A stretch of DNA of 64,000 nt from an uncultured Myxococcales bacterium (GTDB lineage Bacteria; Myxococcota; UBA4151): positions 14,101-78,100 of the forward strand of contig CAXGWI010000004.1 of NCBI GenBank assembly GCA_964013405.1, read 5' to 3'. The number at the start of each line of letters is the position of its first letter. Position 1 is the first letter of the stretch. The notes under the pieces were generated by a model, which saw only the letters and a list, made by a program, of their open reading frames with translations, did not search any database and was not told the DNA's origin. Both the position numbers and the translations under genes were made by a program. Below are positions 7,984-16,225 of the stretch, one piece after another.

Positions 7984-9517
7984 ATCGGCCCGTACCGTGG
8001 GGACCGAGATAGCCGGGCCAGCCTCGGTGTTGGGCAACGGGCGCATCCAAATCCCACAGCACCATCTCTAAGCCGCGACGGCCCGATCGGGTGAAGACCA
8101 TTTCATAGTGACCGTCGCCATCGAGATCCTGGACGAGCGGGGTGCCGACGCTGGTCCCGGGGTGCGCAGCGAGTTCATGGCGCTCGCCTGTTCCCCCAGC
8201 CAGCAGGAGGATGCGCTGGTCGACCTGTTGTTGAGGCCCTTCGTCGATCACCGGATTCAGAATCAGGATCGCTTCATCGAGGCCATCCCGGTTGAGATCG
8301 ACGAGCAGTGGCGACGGGACCGCCGTGTTTTCGAAGCGATGCTGATAGAGAATACGACCATCGTGACCGCTAATCGCTAAGAGCTCCACGCCATTCCAAT
8401 GGGGGTATGTTCCTCGACAAAACAGGGCGAGAACATCGGGGTGCTCATCTCCATCGAGGTAGCCGATGGCCGGGCTTGCCTGGGTTTCGGCATCGGCGAG
8501 ACTGTGACTCCAGAGCTCTTCACCTTGATCCAGTTGAATCGCTGCAATCCGTCCATCAAAGCTCGCGGCGACGACCTCGACTTGACCATCGCCATTGAGG
8601 TCGACGATGGCCGGCGGGGCGATGAAGCCTTTGTGACTCGCCGGTGCCATCAACTCCACGGCGCGGCTGAGATCTTCTTGCATGAGATCCCCCAGGGTCG
8701 CCTTCCAGAGACTTCCGGGAAGCGTTTCGCCGCCGCTACCAAAGATGATAACGCTCGCCTCCAATGGCTCTCTTTGGATCCATAAAGGCGACAGATAGGT
8801 CTCTGCCTGATCGGGCATGACTGCTTGCCGAAGCGGGCGCCCGTCGTCGCCGCTGAGGATCATGAGGTGACCCGGTGGTCTGGGAGCGAAGGGTGCGGCT
8901 CGAGCATCACCCCCATTCGCCAGCAAGAGCTCGGGGATTTCATCGCCATCGAGATCGGGCAAGGCTTGGGGTGTGTAAAAGTTAAAGTAGCCGGCCTCAC
9001 GCGCGGCGTTGCCCCTCGGCTCAAAGTTCCAAATCAGGCCCCCAGTCGAGGCATCGATGGCCAAGAGTTCCGCACCTCGCCCACCGATGACCAACTCGTT
9101 GGTTCCATCCAGGTTCAGGTCGATTTCGAGGCCTAGGGTAAACAGGCTTTCGCCCGCTTCGGTGCTACGCCAAAGACTACCACCATTGACCCCGGAGAGT
9201 GCCTCGATGGATCCGCGGGCTGCTTCGGTGCCCGTTCCAAGGACCAAGTCGAGGTTACCATCACCATTAAGGTCGGTGGCCAAGGGGGAAGCCGAACTCT
9301 CATCGGCTAAGGGGGTCACCCAGCGCTCTTGAAAGGCCGGCGGCAGAACGGGAGGAGGACCTGTGTCCTCTCGAGGCCCGATCTCCAATGATCCCAGATC
9401 TGATCGTCCGGCGTCCAGCGCTTGAACGAAAGCATCCTGGGGCCATCCCGCGTCGCTCACGACGACCGGCGCTGGGCAGCCAAGCATGGGGCTCAGGACC
9501 AAGATCAGGCGCTTCAT
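7964..9517 (-). CDS. Lipoprotein with FG-GAP/PQQ-like beta-propeller (FAM234-like), paralog 2
   Basis: MKRLILVLSPMLG-CP signal. Colinear with 4581-6206: GGRxAEL, FNFYxPQ, ANGGD..PF.PRPPGHLM, MPD.AETY.SP, FGSGGET, HKG.IAPPA. Confidence 0.75.
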   Translation of the reverse strand: MKRLILVLSPMLGCPAPVVVSDAGWPQDAFVQALDAGRSDLGSLEIGPREDTGPPPVLPPAFQERWVTPLADESSASPLATDLNGDGNLDLVLGTGTEAARGSIEALSGVNGGSLWRSTEAGESLFTLGLEIDLNLDGTNELVIGGRGAELLAIDASTGGLIWNFEPRGNAAREAGYFNFYTPQALPDLDGDEIPELLLANGGDARAAPFAPRPPGHLMILSGDDGRPLRQAVMPDQAETYLSPLWIQREPLEASVIIFGSGGETLPGSLWKATLGDLMQEDLSRAVELMAPASHKGFIAPPAIVDLNGDGQVEVVAASFDGRIAAIQLDQGEELWSHSLADAETQASPAIGYLDGDEHPDVLALFCRGTYPHWNGVELLAISGHDGRILYQHRFENTAVPSPLLVDLNRDGLDEAILILNPVIDEGPQQQVDQRILLLAGGTGERHELAAHPGTSVGTPLVQDLDGDGHYEMVFTRSGRRGLEMVLWDLDAPVAQHRGWPGYLGPHGTGRFTPSAR

Positions 9518-9542
9518 GTCCCTGCCATCTCAGTTTCCGACC

Positions 9543-9576
9543 AAAAAAGAAAAGGGGCCCGACATGCGGGCCCCTT
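9543..9576 (-). terminator. Rho-independent terminator downstream of the di-heme cytochrome gene
   Basis: On the minus strand AAGGGGCCCG-CATGT-CGGGCCCCTT is followed by TTCTTTTTT, about 25 bp after the stop at 9600. Confidence 0.75.
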
Positions 9577-9599
9577 CTAAAGCACTCATAAAGGCCTGC

Positions 9600-11612
9600 T
9601 TAGAGGCTCTTGAGGAAGGCGACCATGGCATCCCGTTCCCGATCACTGAGGTCACCGGTGCAACCCATGGAGCAGTCCTTGGCCCGATCGAGCACCTCGT
9701 AGAGGGTCGCGGCCGAGCCGTCATGGAAGTAAGGGGCCGATGCGGCAATGCCATTGAGCGACCGGGTGCGCACGGAACGACCGAAGACCTGATGGATCTG
9801 ATTATCGGTGTAGATCTCGGGATGATCTTCGTTGCTGTGGCAGGTGGAGCATGCGGTCCGGTCACTGTGGAAGAGGGCCCGGCCCTCCGCAATCAATGCC
9901 GACTCTTGCCCCCGGTTCTCAGTGTCTACCTCGGGCGTACTGTTGACGAAGGCAGCGATCGCATCGACCGTCCCTTGATCGATTTCGGTGCCACCCATCC
10001 GATTTTGGCTCGTCGACAGAATCTCATCAGCAACGGTGGGCACGTTGTCGAACCACGAGATGGGCTCCGTGCGACTGACGTCACCGGCGAGGGATGGCGT
10101 GCTGCGGCCGAGACCATCATCGAACTGCCAGGTCAGGCCATCGTTCCGGCCATCGAAGTGGCAGGCGGAGCAGCTGACACCTGAGCCCTGGGCACTGACC
10201 GTGCTGTCGACGGAACTGAAGAACAGGCGACGGCCCCGATCGTGCTCGTCCGAGAGGGCCCGGGGTGCCATTCGGATCGTTTGGGGGATGAGCGCCCCAT
10301 CGGAGATCACGGTGCGGCGTCCGAGGTTCTGGACGACCGCGTCCATGTCGATCTTCGATAGGCCGTGATCGAAGCGAGTATGCACCATGGCTTCGCCATC
10401 GGAGTTAAAGGTCACAGACTGGGGGCCAGAGCCCACCGGAATCGTCAGGAACTGACCGAATTCGCCCATGAAGACCTCATCCATTTCAAGGCTGACTCGC
10501 CCTTGGTCATCCTGGCGGGTCTTGGGCGTACCAAAGACGCAGCGGTTGTTGGGGAAGCGGGCCAGTGGAACCGCGAGCACTGCGTTCGCACTCTCCATGG
10601 AGACGAGAGCCAGTCGCCCATCGGGTGAGGGGGTGACGCCCGTGGGGAAACCTCGAACGACGGTCCTAAATTCGTGGCGGTCTTCCCCTTGGATGACTTG
10701 AGCCTGACCACTGAGTTCGGTCACGACGGCCGACGATGGCTCTGGCCTACCCATGGCACTGACGGGAACCGAAACGAGGGCTGGCACGAAGCGGGGATTG
10801 ATGGTGCTCCCATAGTCATCCCCCGTGTCCACATCGCCGCAGCCCTCTTCGCAGTCGATGTCGCCGCTGTGGGGGTTGGTGGGAACTTCGCGCATGTTGT
10901 CCACGTAAAAGGTGGGCACGAGCAGGCGCTCGCCATCCACATCGATGGCGATATCACCGGTGATGCGAACACTGCGGCTATCATCATCGAAGCCTCGGAT
11001 CTGGGGCAGCCCGACCTCTGTGACCCCCCCATCGTCGAGCAGGTCAATGGCGTTCAAACGGCCGTTCATGGCCGAGGCGACAAAGAGCGTGTTGCCCGAG
11101 GGGTGAAGAGCTAACCAGCGAGGCTCGTTGCCGATCTCCCATTGGCGTTGGACTTCTAGACTTGCAACGCTCCGCTCCTCGACGCGGCCTGACTGGCCTG
11201 AGGTCAGGTAAAGGAGGGTTCCAGCCTCGTTTGCCACCAAGCCGGCTGGCTCGGCGCCGGTATCCACAACGTTGAGAAGCTCCAGAGTTTCGCCAGTCTC
11301 CTTAAAGACTGCGAGGCCGCGCTGACCCTTAAGGGTGACGAAGACACGGTCGCCAGCGATGGCGATGCGATTCGGCGCGCTGCCTGCTTCGATGCGCTGG
11401 AAGAGTCCGGATTCTCGGTTGAACCTGGTGATGCTATTGTGGTCCGTATTGACCACGTAAACGATACGCTGATCCGCCGAGGTCACCGCGCTTCGGCTGC
11501 CCGTTGCGTGGAAAGAATCCGTCAAGCCGCCACCATCGCACTCCTGCTGTGCGGGGCAAGCTGTCAGGAACCCAGCAGCTGGTAGAAGAAGAAACAGTCC
11601 TAGAGTTCGCAT
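9600..11612 (-). CDS. Lipoprotein: YVTN-type beta-propeller fused to a di-heme cytochrome c peroxidase/MauG-like domain
   Basis: Lipobox FLTA-CP and VYVVNT / VFVT / LYLT / LFVA propeller blades. Two heme motifs, CSACH and CSTCH, plus GRRLFF, STPSL and APYFHDGSA.TL. Confidence 0.85.
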   Translation of the reverse strand: MRTLGLFLLLPAAGFLTACPAQQECDGGGLTDSFHATGSRSAVTSADQRIVYVVNTDHNSITRFNRESGLFQRIEAGSAPNRIAIAGDRVFVTLKGQRGLAVFKETGETLELLNVVDTGAEPAGLVANEAGTLLYLTSGQSGRVEERSVASLEVQRQWEIGNEPRWLALHPSGNTLFVASAMNGRLNAIDLLDDGGVTEVGLPQIRGFDDDSRSVRITGDIAIDVDGERLLVPTFYVDNMREVPTNPHSGDIDCEEGCGDVDTGDDYGSTINPRFVPALVSVPVSAMGRPEPSSAVVTELSGQAQVIQGEDRHEFRTVVRGFPTGVTPSPDGRLALVSMESANAVLAVPLARFPNNRCVFGTPKTRQDDQGRVSLEMDEVFMGEFGQFLTIPVGSGPQSVTFNSDGEAMVHTRFDHGLSKIDMDAVVQNLGRRTVISDGALIPQTIRMAPRALSDEHDRGRRLFFSSVDSTVSAQGSGVSCSACHFDGRNDGLTWQFDDGLGRSTPSLAGDVSRTEPISWFDNVPTVADEILSTSQNRMGGTEIDQGTVDAIAAFVNSTPEVDTENRGQESALIAEGRALFHSDRTACSTCHSNEDHPEIYTDNQIHQVFGRSVRTRSLNGIAASAPYFHDGSAATLYEVLDRAKDCSMGCTGDLSDRERDAMVAFLKSL

Positions 11613-11810
11613 CGTTGCACTCCAATTCATCAACCTTATCCGTAGGTTAACCTAGCAGGCACTGGGTCGTATGCAAAGTGAGCGCTGACACAGCAACCCG
11701 GGCCGAGTTGACTCGATAAACGATGACTTTCGTTGGGGGAAGGCTCGACTTAGGCAAGAACGGTGGAATGTGGAGGTCGCCCTTCGAGTTTTTTCACGTT
11801 AGGGAGGCCT

Positions 11811-12293
11811 ATGATCGATAGCGTTCTTATCATCATCGGCGCCTGTTTTGTGCTCGCTGGTGTCATCGGCTCCCTCATCCCGGTGATCCCTGGGCCTCTC
11901 CTCACCTACCTGGGCCTGCTCGCCCTCCACAGCACCGAGTTGGTTGAGGTCGATGGCCTGATCCTCTTCGCTGTCTTGACGGTCGTGGTGGCGGCCATCG
12001 AGTACTTTCTGCCCCTCTACGTGGGCCGCAAGCTCGGGGCGACTCGTGCAGGGGTCTACGGCGGTATCCTCGGTACGCTGATCGGGCTGTTGTTCATGCC
12101 CATCGGCATCATCGTTGGCCCGATGATCGGGGCCCTTGCTTTCGAATCCATGACCAAACGCAGTGTCGGTGACTCCTTGAAGGCCTCAATCGGTGTCTTT
12201 CTGGGTACCGTGATCAACTTTGCCCTGCGGTTCGCTCTGTGTGTCTGGATGGCTTATGTTTTTGTCGTCGAGGTGATGGCGGTCTGGTCTTAG
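11811..12293 (+). CDS. DUF456 (YqgC-like) membrane protein
   Basis: G.IGSLIPVIPGP, GRKLGATRAGVYGGILG and GIIVGPMIGA. Confidence 0.8.
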   Translation: MIDSVLIIIGACFVLAGVIGSLIPVIPGPLLTYLGLLALHSTELVEVDGLILFAVLTVVVAAIEYFLPLYVGRKLGATRAGVYGGILGTLIGLLFMPIGIIVGPMIGALAFESMTKRSVGDSLKASIGVFLGTVINFALRFALCVWMAYVFVVEVMAVWS

Positions 12294-13958
12294 GCTTTTG
12301 CGGAGCATCTGACGCAAGGACTGCGCTTTGGGGTTCGACTCGAGGGCGAGGCCCGCATCGACGGCTTTCAGTGCCTCTTCAACTTGGCCACCTCGAGCCA
12401 AAGCGCCGGCCCGATTGAAATGGGCCTCCGCAAGAGAAGGGTCGATCGCCACCGCCATCCGCCAACTTCGCAGAGCCTCTCTATGCTGTTGGCCTTGGGC
12501 AAAACGCACGCCCTGATTATTGAGCGACCTGGCCATCTCCGGTGCCTCTGCCCCTAACCATCGACGGACCTCGGGAAGGGCTTCTGGGGGATGGGCAGTG
12601 CCCTTGGGCCAGCGATGCAGCCAGTGGTAAATCGCCTCTCGCGGTGGCGAGAAGTCTGGGTCGAGTACGGCGGCCTTCAGGTGGGCGTCGAGGGCTTCTT
12701 CAGCCTGTCCCGTTGCCTCAAGGCTGCTGCCCCAAAGCGCCTGGGCGAGCGCACTATTGGGCACCAGAGTCACCACTTCCTGGTGGCGTTCATGCAGTGG
12801 TTTTTGGTTCCTGGTTTCACCGTGAATCAAAACCGCGGCCGGGATCACGAAGAGCAGTAACCATCGCAGACCATGGCCATAACGTTGGCCTGTTTGTTGG
12901 CCAGGGGAGCGATGCTTGCTTTCGATCCCTAGATCCCGGCGTGTCTCCCCATGATTGAGCTTCCAAATGAAACCATCGTAATAAAAGTGGAGCAGTTGGC
13001 TCGCGGCCAATAGCCCCGTGGTCAGGCCATAGGCGGTGCTGCCGGCCTCGCCGATGGGGGGCAGGGCGCCGTAACCCAGACAGAGGAGGACATAGAGCCC
13101 TAGACCCAGGGCCCCGCCGGCGAAGAGCCGGCGACTCAGGGGGCCGAGGGTCGCGCCACTCTCGGCTCTGCGTCGATTGAAGAGCCAGACGATCGTCAAA
13201 TACTGGATGTCGTGAAAGACCTCGAAGAGCGGCAAGGCCAGAAGGATGTTGCTGACCGCGAGGTTGGCCCAGGCCCACGTGCCGATGCTTGAAAAAAGAA
13301 GCAGGATTTTGGCCGGGCTTGGCCCGCGGCCCTGGGCGTGACTACTGATGGCATTTGCAAGCCACATCACGAAGACGACGACGCCGGTGGCAATGCCTAG
13401 TTGGTGAACCCACATCAAGGTGCTCGCCGTGGGGAGGCCAAAGCCCGCGTGGGACAGCATTTGAAGAACGAATTGGAGCCGGCCCGGGGAGAGCAGGACA
13501 ACCAGGCCGAAGCCGACGAGGACTAAGGCGAGGTCCAGCCGCGCGGTACGCCCGTCGACGCAGCCCCACTTCGCATCGTAAATTCTCGCGAAGCCATGGC
13601 TCTGGAGGGCGGCGTGCCAAATACCCCAGATGAAGGCCATGAAGATCAGGCTTTGGAGTTGGTAGAGTGCACAAGCCATGCAGGCAGCGGCCAAAAAGGC
13701 TGGCGCCGCGATGAAGCGGAAGCGGAAACGCTTAAAGAGTTGGCGGTCACCATAGGCCCGGACCATCCCGGGTAAATGATGCCCCTGGGCACCAAAGGTC
13801 ATGATCCACTCGTTGAGTTGGGCCGCTGTGCTGAGCCCGAGCCCCAGGCAGCCAAAAAGGGCTGGGATGACCAAAGCCGGTGTGGCGATGACCAACAACA
13901 AGTCAGGCCCTTTTCCGACCAGCCAGATGTTTGGAGCGTCAGCGGGCTGCGAGCTCAC
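12186..13958 (-). CDS. Polytopic membrane protein with conserved His motifs and C-terminal TPR repeats
   Basis: About 10 hydrophobic segments. Motifs GHH, WGIWHAALQSHGFARIYDAK, FHDIQYLTIVW and HFYYDGFIWK. TPR signatures A..LDP and AEAHFNRA. GTG 13958 overlaps the upstream stop (GTGA). Confidence 0.75.
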   Translation of the reverse strand: MSSQPADAPNIWLVGKGPDLLLVIATPALVIPALFGCLGLGLSTAAQLNEWIMTFGAQGHHLPGMVRAYGDRQLFKRFRFRFIAAPAFLAAACMACALYQLQSLIFMAFIWGIWHAALQSHGFARIYDAKWGCVDGRTARLDLALVLVGFGLVVLLSPGRLQFVLQMLSHAGFGLPTASTLMWVHQLGIATGVVVFVMWLANAISSHAQGRGPSPAKILLLFSSIGTWAWANLAVSNILLALPLFEVFHDIQYLTIVWLFNRRRAESGATLGPLSRRLFAGGALGLGLYVLLCLGYGALPPIGEAGSTAYGLTTGLLAASQLLHFYYDGFIWKLNHGETRRDLGIESKHRSPGQQTGQRYGHGLRWLLLFVIPAAVLIHGETRNQKPLHERHQEVVTLVPNSALAQALWGSSLEATGQAEEALDAHLKAAVLDPDFSPPREAIYHWLHRWPKGTAHPPEALPEVRRWLGAEAPEMARSLNNQGVRFAQGQQHREALRSWRMAVAIDPSLAEAHFNRAGALARGGQVEEALKAVDAGLALESNPKAQSLRQMLRKSLRPDRHHLDDKNISHPDTQSEPQGKVDHGTQKDTD

Positions 13959-16225
13959 GGTAAGGCGAACCAGCGATGAATCCACCACTGGCCATCCCGG
14001 CGGAGCATAAAGGCTTCGTCAGCGACTTCGAGGGTGGCGCGACAGCCGGTGTCGGTTGCGACGCAATCCACGGCTCGCACCCCTTCAGGACTGCGGATGG
14101 CCAAGTCCCAAGCAGCTTGGGGCCACCAGGGATGATCGAAGGTGAGTTCAAGGCTCAGTCCATCGCGAGTCCACTGGATCCAAGCTGGCTCTTCCAGGTC
14201 GATGGGGCCCGCTCCACCCTGGCAATCGTAGTCTTGGATCGCGCCACTCGGGTATCGCAACCGCCCTGTGCTGCTACCACTCATGAGCCATGGGGAGAGC
14301 CCGAGGCGTAGTTGCCCTTGAATATCTCGGCGGGCAAATCGGCTGGAGCCCGCTTCCTGGACAGCAAAGCCACTGCCGACGGTCGCGACGTATCGACTCT
14401 TTGCTCGCAGCGTACAGCGGGGGCTGGCGCCTCGCTGCGGGACCTCCCTATAGAGGGTAGGCCGGCCTTCTTGGGGCATCATGAGGATCTCTAAATAACC
14501 GTCTTGGTCCAGATCGACACGGGTCAGGCCCCGGGTGGCTTGAAGGCCGCCGAGGGGGCTCGCTGCTGTCGGTCCGTGCTCTTCGATCCCGACCTCCTCG
14601 GTGACCGCCCGGAAGTTCCCCTCTTGGTCCTGAAGAAAGAGAATGTCGTCGTGGAGTGGGTGCGGCTCCGGACCCACCGAGCCTTGGCCGATCAAGACGT
14701 CATCGAAGCCATCTCGGTTAAAATCCTCTACCGAAACACCCCAGGCATAGAGCAGTTGTTGCTCCGAGCTGGTCAGATCCAAGCCTAACTCGAAGGCTCG
14801 ATTCACCGGCTCACCATCGACGAATTGAACGACCCGGTTTGGGCCCCAATCCGAGATGTAGAGGTGTTCGCCGAGGCCTTCTACATGGAGATTTCCGATG
14901 CCCATAAAGGAGCCCCAAGCGCTGTCGCCGGTGCCGAGCAAGCGCCGGTCGAAAAGGCAGGGCTCAAGGGGGCTGCAGCTGAAGTAGACCGCACCGGGTG
15001 TCATCTCGGTATGGCCCGGATCAGCGAGGGTCGAAAAGGTGTCGTTGGCGACGACGAGATCGAGCAACCCATCCCCGTTCACGTCCAAGCTACTCAGACC
15101 CAGGGTGGATCCGTCGTCGGCGAGGAGTTCGTCATAGTCCGCATCGAAAAGGGTGAAGGTGCCATCAACCAGTTGCTTCAATGCGATGTTGGAACGGATC
15201 GCTCGCACGGGTAGAGGGCGCCCATTGACTTGGGTCGCACCCAGTTGACAGCCGACGACCAAATCGACGAGCCCGTCTCGGTCGAGGTCGATCCATTCCA
15301 TCGCGCCTGCTTTGCAGAAGGTTCGATAATCCTGATTGCCTAGCAGCGACATCAGGTTTGTGACCTCAGGCTCCGGATAGAAGCGCTTGAACTGGAGGCC
15401 CTGCTCACCAAGCATCAGCAGTTCGTGTTTGCCATCGTGCTCTAGATCGATGGCCCAGCCACTGTTCCAGGTGGTCGGTTCCCATTGGCAGGCCTCGGCC
15501 ACCACCTCGAAGCGGAGGGTGCCCGGGGTCGACTGATTACGATAGAGACAGGGGGGCGAGTAGTCAGCGGTGCGCAAACTGCTGGCACCTAGAAAAAGGT
15601 CCAAATCGCCGTCGCCATCGAAGTCGAGTAGGCCGCCCCCAAAGCCATAGCCTTGGTCGAGTGCCTCGCCATCAGCACCGGTGTGGAGCGTGATGGGGAA
15701 GACTTCGATCTTCTCGAACTGCACCCCCTCCGGGCTTACAGGTCGCTCGATACATTGGTGGGCCACGCAGCGACTCTCTTCAGGGCAATCGCCGTGGACG
15801 AGGCATTCCCCTTGATAGCAACGGCCAAAGGTTGAACAGCGCCAGTCCGTAGGACAGTCCTCCCCCTGGGTGCAGGGCACGTCTTGGGGCCGCAAGCAGC
15901 GGCCCTCACTGCACACGGATTCTCCGTCACAGTCTTCAGTTTGGAGGCACTCATCTTCTGTACAGCGACCCTGGAGGCAGCGTTGCCCTGGGCCGCAACT
16001 GTCTTCGTCGCAGCGCCGCTGACAACGGGCATCGACGCAGACCGCATCCCCTGGACAGGGGAGATTGTCTCGGCAGGTGAGCGCTTCGCAAACACCCTGC
16101 CGGCACTGCTCGAATTCTTGGCACAATCCGCAGGCGTCACCGGCGTCAATGGCGCCCCCGTCCGGCGCGGGGTCGCTGCCCGGGCAGGCGATGAGAATGA
16201 AGATGAGGACAACGAGTGGTCTCAT
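13955..16225 (-). CDS. Cys-rich / FG-GAP (CRTAC1-like) propeller lipoprotein, RWF-tail family member 1
   Basis: MRPLVVLIFILIA-CP signal and Cys repeats. GYGFGGGLLDFDGDGDLDLF, DDGSTLG, WGSFMG, LRYPSG, C-terminal WWIHRWF. ATGA overlap at 16222-16225. Confidence 0.8.
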   Translation of the reverse strand: MRPLVVLIFILIACPGSDPAPDGGAIDAGDACGLCQEFEQCRQGVCEALTCRDNLPCPGDAVCVDARCQRRCDEDSCGPGQRCLQGRCTEDECLQTEDCDGESVCSEGRCLRPQDVPCTQGEDCPTDWRCSTFGRCYQGECLVHGDCPEESRCVAHQCIERPVSPEGVQFEKIEVFPITLHTGADGEALDQGYGFGGGLLDFDGDGDLDLFLGASSLRTADYSPPCLYRNQSTPGTLRFEVVAEACQWEPTTWNSGWAIDLEHDGKHELLMLGEQGLQFKRFYPEPEVTNLMSLLGNQDYRTFCKAGAMEWIDLDRDGLVDLVVGCQLGATQVNGRPLPVRAIRSNIALKQLVDGTFTLFDADYDELLADDGSTLGLSSLDVNGDGLLDLVVANDTFSTLADPGHTEMTPGAVYFSCSPLEPCLFDRRLLGTGDSAWGSFMGIGNLHVEGLGEHLYISDWGPNRVVQFVDGEPVNRAFELGLDLTSSEQQLLYAWGVSVEDFNRDGFDDVLIGQGSVGPEPHPLHDDILFLQDQEGNFRAVTEEVGIEEHGPTAASPLGGLQATRGLTRVDLDQDGYLEILMMPQEGRPTLYREVPQRGASPRCTLRAKSRYVATVGSGFAVQEAGSSRFARRDIQGQLRLGLSPWLMSGSSTGRLRYPSGAIQDYDCQGGAGPIDLEEPAWIQWTRDGLSLELTFDHPWWPQAAWDLAIRSPEGVRAVDCVATDTGCRATLEVADEAFMLRRDGQWWIHRWFALP

